From a plasmid, in sequence record NZ_CP128202.1: a stretch of 64,000 bases of DNA; one strand, given 5' to 3'. Each line of letters starts with the position of its first letter. Position 1 is the first letter of the stretch. The position numbers and the translations under genes are program-made. A model generated the notes under the pieces. The model ran no database searches and was not told where the DNA came from. It saw only the letters and a list, made by a program, of their open reading frames with translations. Below are positions 61,335-64,000 of the stretch, in pieces.

Positions 61335-61634
61335 TTAATAAATATCTGGATGGAAATGCCGCAATGGTTCCATTTGCTGATGAAGAATACGGATTATGTA
61401 AATACTATGAGGTTGTGGGCGATAAAAAATAGCATGTTTATGGTGATCGTGGCGGCGAAGCCCTTCGGCAATTTCGGGGCACTCGTAACCCATCAAAGGT
61501 TGTTCTGCAAGCGTTAGCAAAACGTCATGCATACTGTCTGTATAAGCATCCGCTTGCTCTATGCCAAAGTTCAATAGGGTGTATTCAAAGATATGCTCAA
61601 AGTCTTCTGCGGCGAGGTTGGAAAGTTTATACAT
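61335..61634 (-). CDS. parE: ParE/RelE-family toxin
   Basis: 99 aa. 8-bp overlap with the upstream antitoxin gene. ParE-like sequence (HAIFYRPQPHSIYIIRILHQQM). Confidence 0.85.
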   Translation of the reverse strand: MYKLSNLAAEDFEHIFEYTLLNFGIEQADAYTDSMHDVLLTLAEQPLMGYECPEIAEGLRRHDHHKHAIFYRPQPHSIYIIRILHQQMEPLRHFHPDIY

Positions 61635-61869
61635 TGTGTCTCTGCTTTACTTTAGTCGCAATGTCATGAAGTGATAATGAGCATTGACCACTCTGCTCTC
61701 CGGCTTCAATCGCCATTTTTAGAGCCGTGGTTTGTTTCTCTTGCCTTTCGAGTAGCCGCAATGCAGAACGAACTACTTCGCTTGTTGAGCCATAGCGACC
61801 AGTCGCTATGAGTTGGCCGACAAACTCATCTAGCTGAGACCCAATCGTAACACTAGTTGTGCGTGACAT
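61627..61869 (-). CDS. parD: ParD/ribbon-helix-helix-type antitoxin
   Basis: 80 aa. Segment RYGSTSEVVRSALRLLERQE is typical of RHH antitoxins. Confidence 0.7.
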   Translation of the reverse strand: MSRTTSVTIGSQLDEFVGQLIATGRYGSTSEVVRSALRLLERQEKQTTALKMAIEAGEQSGQCSLSLHDIATKVKQRHNV

Positions 61870-62064
61870 ATTTCCACCTACATGTGTGAATAATTAACAC
61901 ACCAATAATAGGTCAACTAAAATTCAAAATCAAATCACGATCTTCGTATGATAATGAAGTATACTTATAAGTCACACGTAAAAATTGACACGAAAAGTAG
62001 ATTTGTCATAACCTATTTGTCACACTTGTTTAGATCATAATCTAAATGTCACTTTGAGGGGCTT
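61870..62064. promoter_or_regulatory. putative res site / divergent promoter region between parD and tnpR
   Basis: AT-rich region with repeated TGTCAC/TGTCATA half-sites (tgtcataacctatttgtcacacttg, aaatgtcac), at the position where Tn3-family res sites lie. Confidence 0.45.
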
Positions 62065-62700
62065 ATGTACATCTTTGGATACTTAAGAGCATCAACCTCT
62101 GATCAGAATGCAAAACGTGCTCAAGGTGCTTTACAGGAGTTTGCACAGCAAAAGGGCTTTCGAATAGCAGGTTGGTATATTGAGAATGAATCGGGAGCCT
62201 CATTACAAAGACCTGAATTACTCCGATTACTTGATGATGCTGCAATTGGTGATGCGATCATAATAGAGCAAATTGATCGTCTTTCTCGACTTGATGAAGA
62301 AAGTTGGTTCAAATTAAAAGAAATGCTGAACCAAAAGGAACTTAAGGTAATCAGTATCGATTTACCAACTAGCCATATCGCTTTTGCGCCACACATTCCC
62401 GACGAGTTCACTCGTTCGATGATCAGGGCTATTAATGGGATGATGATGGATATGCTCGCTGCAATTGCACGAAAAGATTACCAAGATCGACGGCGGCGGC
62501 AAGCTGAAGGGATCATGAAGGCTCGAGAAGAGGGAAAATATCGAGGAAGACAAGCAGATCTCCAGCTTCATGAAAAAATCTATCAGTTAAGAGTTATCAA
62601 TGGGTTAAGTATCAGTGATACCGCTAAATTGACGAATGTGTCCACTAGAACGGTAATCCGGGTGGCTAAGAAGTTAGCAAGTGAGCGTTCATTGGGATAA
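62065..62700 (+). CDS. tnpR: serine recombinase TnpR (resolvase)
   Basis: 211 aa. MYIFGYLRASTSDQ catalytic-Ser motif. C-terminal HTH (SISDTAKLTNVSTRTVIRV). Confidence 0.9.
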   Translation: MYIFGYLRASTSDQNAKRAQGALQEFAQQKGFRIAGWYIENESGASLQRPELLRLLDDAAIGDAIIIEQIDRLSRLDEESWFKLKEMLNQKELKVISIDLPTSHIAFAPHIPDEFTRSMIRAINGMMMDMLAAIARKDYQDRRRRQAEGIMKAREEGKYRGRQADLQLHEKIYQLRVINGLSISDTAKLTNVSTRTVIRVAKKLASERSLG

Positions 62701-63200
62701 GAAGCTTAACGTTTCTGTTCCTTATGGGCTTTAGTCCCCTAAACAAGAAATGCCCCAAAACGAGTTAACTCGTTGTCTGTGACGCAGTCAAACGCAGACT
62801 TTTTCGCCTACAAATTTTCATCCATTTCACTCAAATGTTGTCCTTCTTTGAAATACCTAAAAGCTGGACGGGCATACAGTCATATTGAAATCATGGCGAT
62901 TTTTATCTCAACTTCGTGCGCGTCTTTACATTCCAATACAAATAAATATGATTAAAATCATGTGATTATAAAGCCTATGGGTTAGATAATAGGTTTGGGA
63001 AACGCGCATGCGAACTATAAAATGTTATAAGCACAATGGTTTGGAGTAAAATGGATAAAATTTCTCTCGCGATTTCTAGCGCCTTTATTGGTGTTATTGC
63101 AACGCATGTTTACACGATCATGAAAGAGTGGCGGCGCAAGGTTAAAATTAAGCAGCAATTAAAATTGGAACTATCCGCTATTCAACTCCAACTTCAACAG

Positions 63201-63744
63201 GGCTTTGTTGCGTAATTCGAGGGAACTAAATCAGAAGGTTGCGATCTGATCGGCTAAGTAAGTTAATTATCCTAGTCTCATGCCGAAACCTCGCTACAAA
63301 ACAACGAACTGGAAACAGTACAACAAAGCCTTAATCAACCGTGGTTCACTCACTTTCTGGATTGATGAAGAAGCCATTCGCCAGTGGAAGCAGAGCAAAC
63401 AAGATAAACGAGGTAGGCCTCGCCAGTTCAGCGACTTAGCCATTACTACTGCGCTTATGGTGAAACGAGTTTTCTCAATGCCGTTGAGAGCATTGCAAGG
63501 GTTTATCGATTCTGTTTTTTCATTGGCTAACGTCCCTATAGTCTGCCCACATTACAGTTGTATCAGTCGAAGAGCTAAGCAAGTCGAGGTTTCATTTAAA
63601 CCAAAGACTGGAGGTGCAATACAGCATCTAGCCATTGATGCAACAGGTCTCAAGGTTTATGGCGAAGGTGAATGGAAGGTCAAGAAGCATGGTACTGACG
63701 GGAAGCGTAGAGTCTGGAGAAAGTTGCATTTTGTAGTGGTACGG
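63201..63744 (+). pseudogene. IS5-family (IS903-group) copy D, truncated after 155 codons by an IS3-family insertion
   Basis: IRL ggctttgttgcgtaattcgagg. Transposase N-terminal half about 85% identical to copies A-C. The frame ends KLHFVVVR* where the new element starts. Confidence 0.85.
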
Positions 63745-64000
63745 TGAATTTGGCCACCTGATTAGAGGTGTTAAGATACACCTCATAGCATGACAGGTGA
63801 AACTATGACCAAGCGTACCAGACGCACTTTCAGTGCGGAATTCAAACTCGAAGCAGCGCAACTTATTCTCGACCAAAACTACACCGTTGTTGAAGCCGCA
63901 AAAGCCATGGGTGTGGGTAAATCGACAATGGATAAGTGGGTAAGGCAGCTCAAGCAAGAAAGAATGGGAGTAGCACCTCAAGCCTCACCAATGACACCAG
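63745..64000 (+). mobile_element. left end of an IS3-family (IS2/IS911-like) element, runs off the window
   Basis: Terminal TGAATTTGGCCACCTGATTAGAGGTG IR-like end, then orfA (63795 onwards): [52 protein letters not shown], the IS3/IS911-type OrfA HTH. Confidence 0.8.

Larger units (their letters stand above)
58211..62739 (-). mobile_element. Tn3-like transposon (tnpA, parDE, res, tnpR)
   Basis: 38-bp IRs ggggtctgaagcccaatgggacgaaaacgtacgctaag (58211-58248) and ggggactaaagcccataaggaacagaaacgttaag (reverse complement of 62705-62739) resemble the Tn3 IR GGGGTCTGACGCTCAGTGGAACGAAAACTCACGTTAAG (recalled from memory). Flanking 5-mers TTTAT and TAAAC do not form a duplication. Confidence 0.85.

Noticed and set aside
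1-64000. tRNA/tmRNA genes as island integration sites, integron attC arrays, rRNA
   Set aside because: I scanned the island borders (21.0-21.3 kb, 26.3-27.0 kb, 41.2-41.9 kb, 46.7-47.6 kb) and found no cloverleaf-like GC-rich 75-90-nt segments, no attC-like imperfect palindromes in series, and no rRNA-like sequence.

Overview
IS-saturated mosaic accessory region, probably from a Vibrionaceae-like gammaproteobacterium (inferred from gene content and composition, not verified). A few housekeeping or sensory genes are embedded in it: gdhA, a BCCT osmolyte transporter, mscS, a truncated yrbG-type Na+/Ca2+ exchanger, an Aer-like PAS-MCP and a GAF-PAS-GGDEF-EAL protein. Around these are at least eight insertion-sequence families. 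There are four copies of an IS903-group IS5 element plus one older remnant. There is an IS110, an IS3 with an extra 3-prime fragment, an IS1634-like remnant and an IS66 remnant. An IS256 is split by a nested minimal Tn3-family element with a TATAC duplication. An ISAs1 has a 9-bp duplication. A full Tn3-like transposon carries parDE and tnpR, and another IS3-family element interrupts the last IS5 copy. Two horizontally acquired blocks stand out. The first (27.0-41.8 kb, AT-rich) looks like a remnant of a conjugative element. It has a giant cysteine-rich TraN-like protein translationally coupled to four uncharacterised exported proteins, a YqaJ-type exonuclease, and a CobS-like AAA+ ATPase with two tiny membrane peptides and an acidic-repeat protein. 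It also has a truncated helicase gene and a family of conserved intergenic hairpin repeats. The second (42.8-58.0 kb) is a plasmid-type maintenance and replication module. It has two serine recombinases, Phd/ParE toxin-antitoxin, an iteron/GATC/DnaA-box origin with repA, and type Ia parAB with a palindromic operator. A GC-rich insert inside it carries a four-gene cluster of unknown function and a LysR/YfcC-transporter/AstE-AspA-type module. No rRNA, tRNA or CRISPR array was found.
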